Below, in pieces: positions 63,711 through 64,000 of a stretch of DNA of 64,000 bases. The DNA lies in the NCBI GenBank assembly GCA_965248825.1, contig CBDFKL010000006.1:705255-769254 (forward strand). The letters run 5' to 3'. Position 1 is the stretch's first letter, and every line of letters starts with the position of its first letter. A program made the translations under genes and the position numbers. The notes beneath the pieces were generated by a model. That model did not search any database. It worked only from the letters and a program-made list of their open reading frames with translations, and was not told the DNA's origin. This DNA is from Alphaproteobacteria bacterium. GTDB taxonomy: Bacteria > Pseudomonadota > Alphaproteobacteria > UBA828.

Positions 63711-64000
63711 TTACTCGACGCCGGTGAGCGTGACTTCGGTCCGTCGATTGCGGCCGTCTCTCACATTGTCGTTGGTTTTCGCGATGGGCCTGGATTCGCC
63801 GAAACTCTCGATGTCGATCAGGAACCGTCCGGCGCCCTGCTCGATCATATGGTTCGCGACCGCCCGAGCGCGCCGCTCGCCGAGCACGTCATTATACCAC
63901 TCGGGGCCGGCTCGGTCGGTGTGTCCGTAGATCAAGATCTTGTAGGGCCGCATCTCCCGCGTCGCGGCGGCAGCTTCGTCAAGGGTCTGCTTCGCGGCGT
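63711..64000 (-). CDS. OmpA-family (peptidoglycan-binding) protein, 3' part only; the gene continues beyond the window end
   Basis: The C-terminal OmpA_C motif ILIYGHTDRAGPEWYNDVLGERRARAVANHM is present. The frame stays open upstream to 64000 (…LDEAAATRE-M…). Confidence 0.7.
   Translation of the reverse strand, partial: AAKQTLDEAAAATREMRPYKILIYGHTDRAGPEWYNDVLGERRARAVANHMIEQGAGRFLIDIESFGESRPIAKTNDNVRDGRNRRTEVTLTGVE

Overview
This is a densely coding, visibly GC-rich chromosomal window. Most real ORFs carry G/C at nearly every third codon position, and spurious antisense ORFs are common. The gene content and synteny look alphaproteobacterial. I support about 58 CDS (two of them partial at the window edges) and one tRNA-Gln(CUG). 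I see no rRNA, CRISPR array, transposase or integrase. Housekeeping genes include an acyl-CoA synthetase, pcm, purE-purK (with a GTGA start/stop overlap), rpsU, pntAA/pntA-2/pntB, gltD-gltB, uppP, kdsD-lptC-lptA-lptB, guaA, guaB, rlmE, ppx, metZ, frmA and a Liv-type ABC transporter. The most interesting part is a compact phosphonate-biosynthesis locus at 16.4-23.0 kb. It has a PEP mutase fused to a LicC-like nucleotidyltransferase domain, followed by a phosphonopyruvate decarboxylase. A DegT/DnrJ/EryC1-family aminotransferase plus an MFS transporter are transcribed divergently from that pair. A radical-SAM/Cys-rich (ArsS-like) enzyme lies convergent to the decarboxylase. Other accessory-looking regions are worth a second look. 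A TMADH-family flavoprotein, a GcvT-family aminomethyltransferase and a Tat-signal Liv-type ABC transporter lie on both sides of tRNA-Gln. A five-gene tailoring cluster (Gfo/Idh/MocA, class-III aminotransferase, YbdK ligase, SDR, 2OG-Fe(II) oxygenase) sits at 57.5-63.6 kb. A spermidine-synthase-like polytopic membrane protein is followed by two paralogous class-I glutamine amidotransferases. About 190 nt of noncoding leader upstream of metZ ends in a strong hairpin-U5 that abuts the start codon, making it a riboswitch/attenuator candidate. All functional calls come from motif recognition in the translated ORFs; I ran no database searches.
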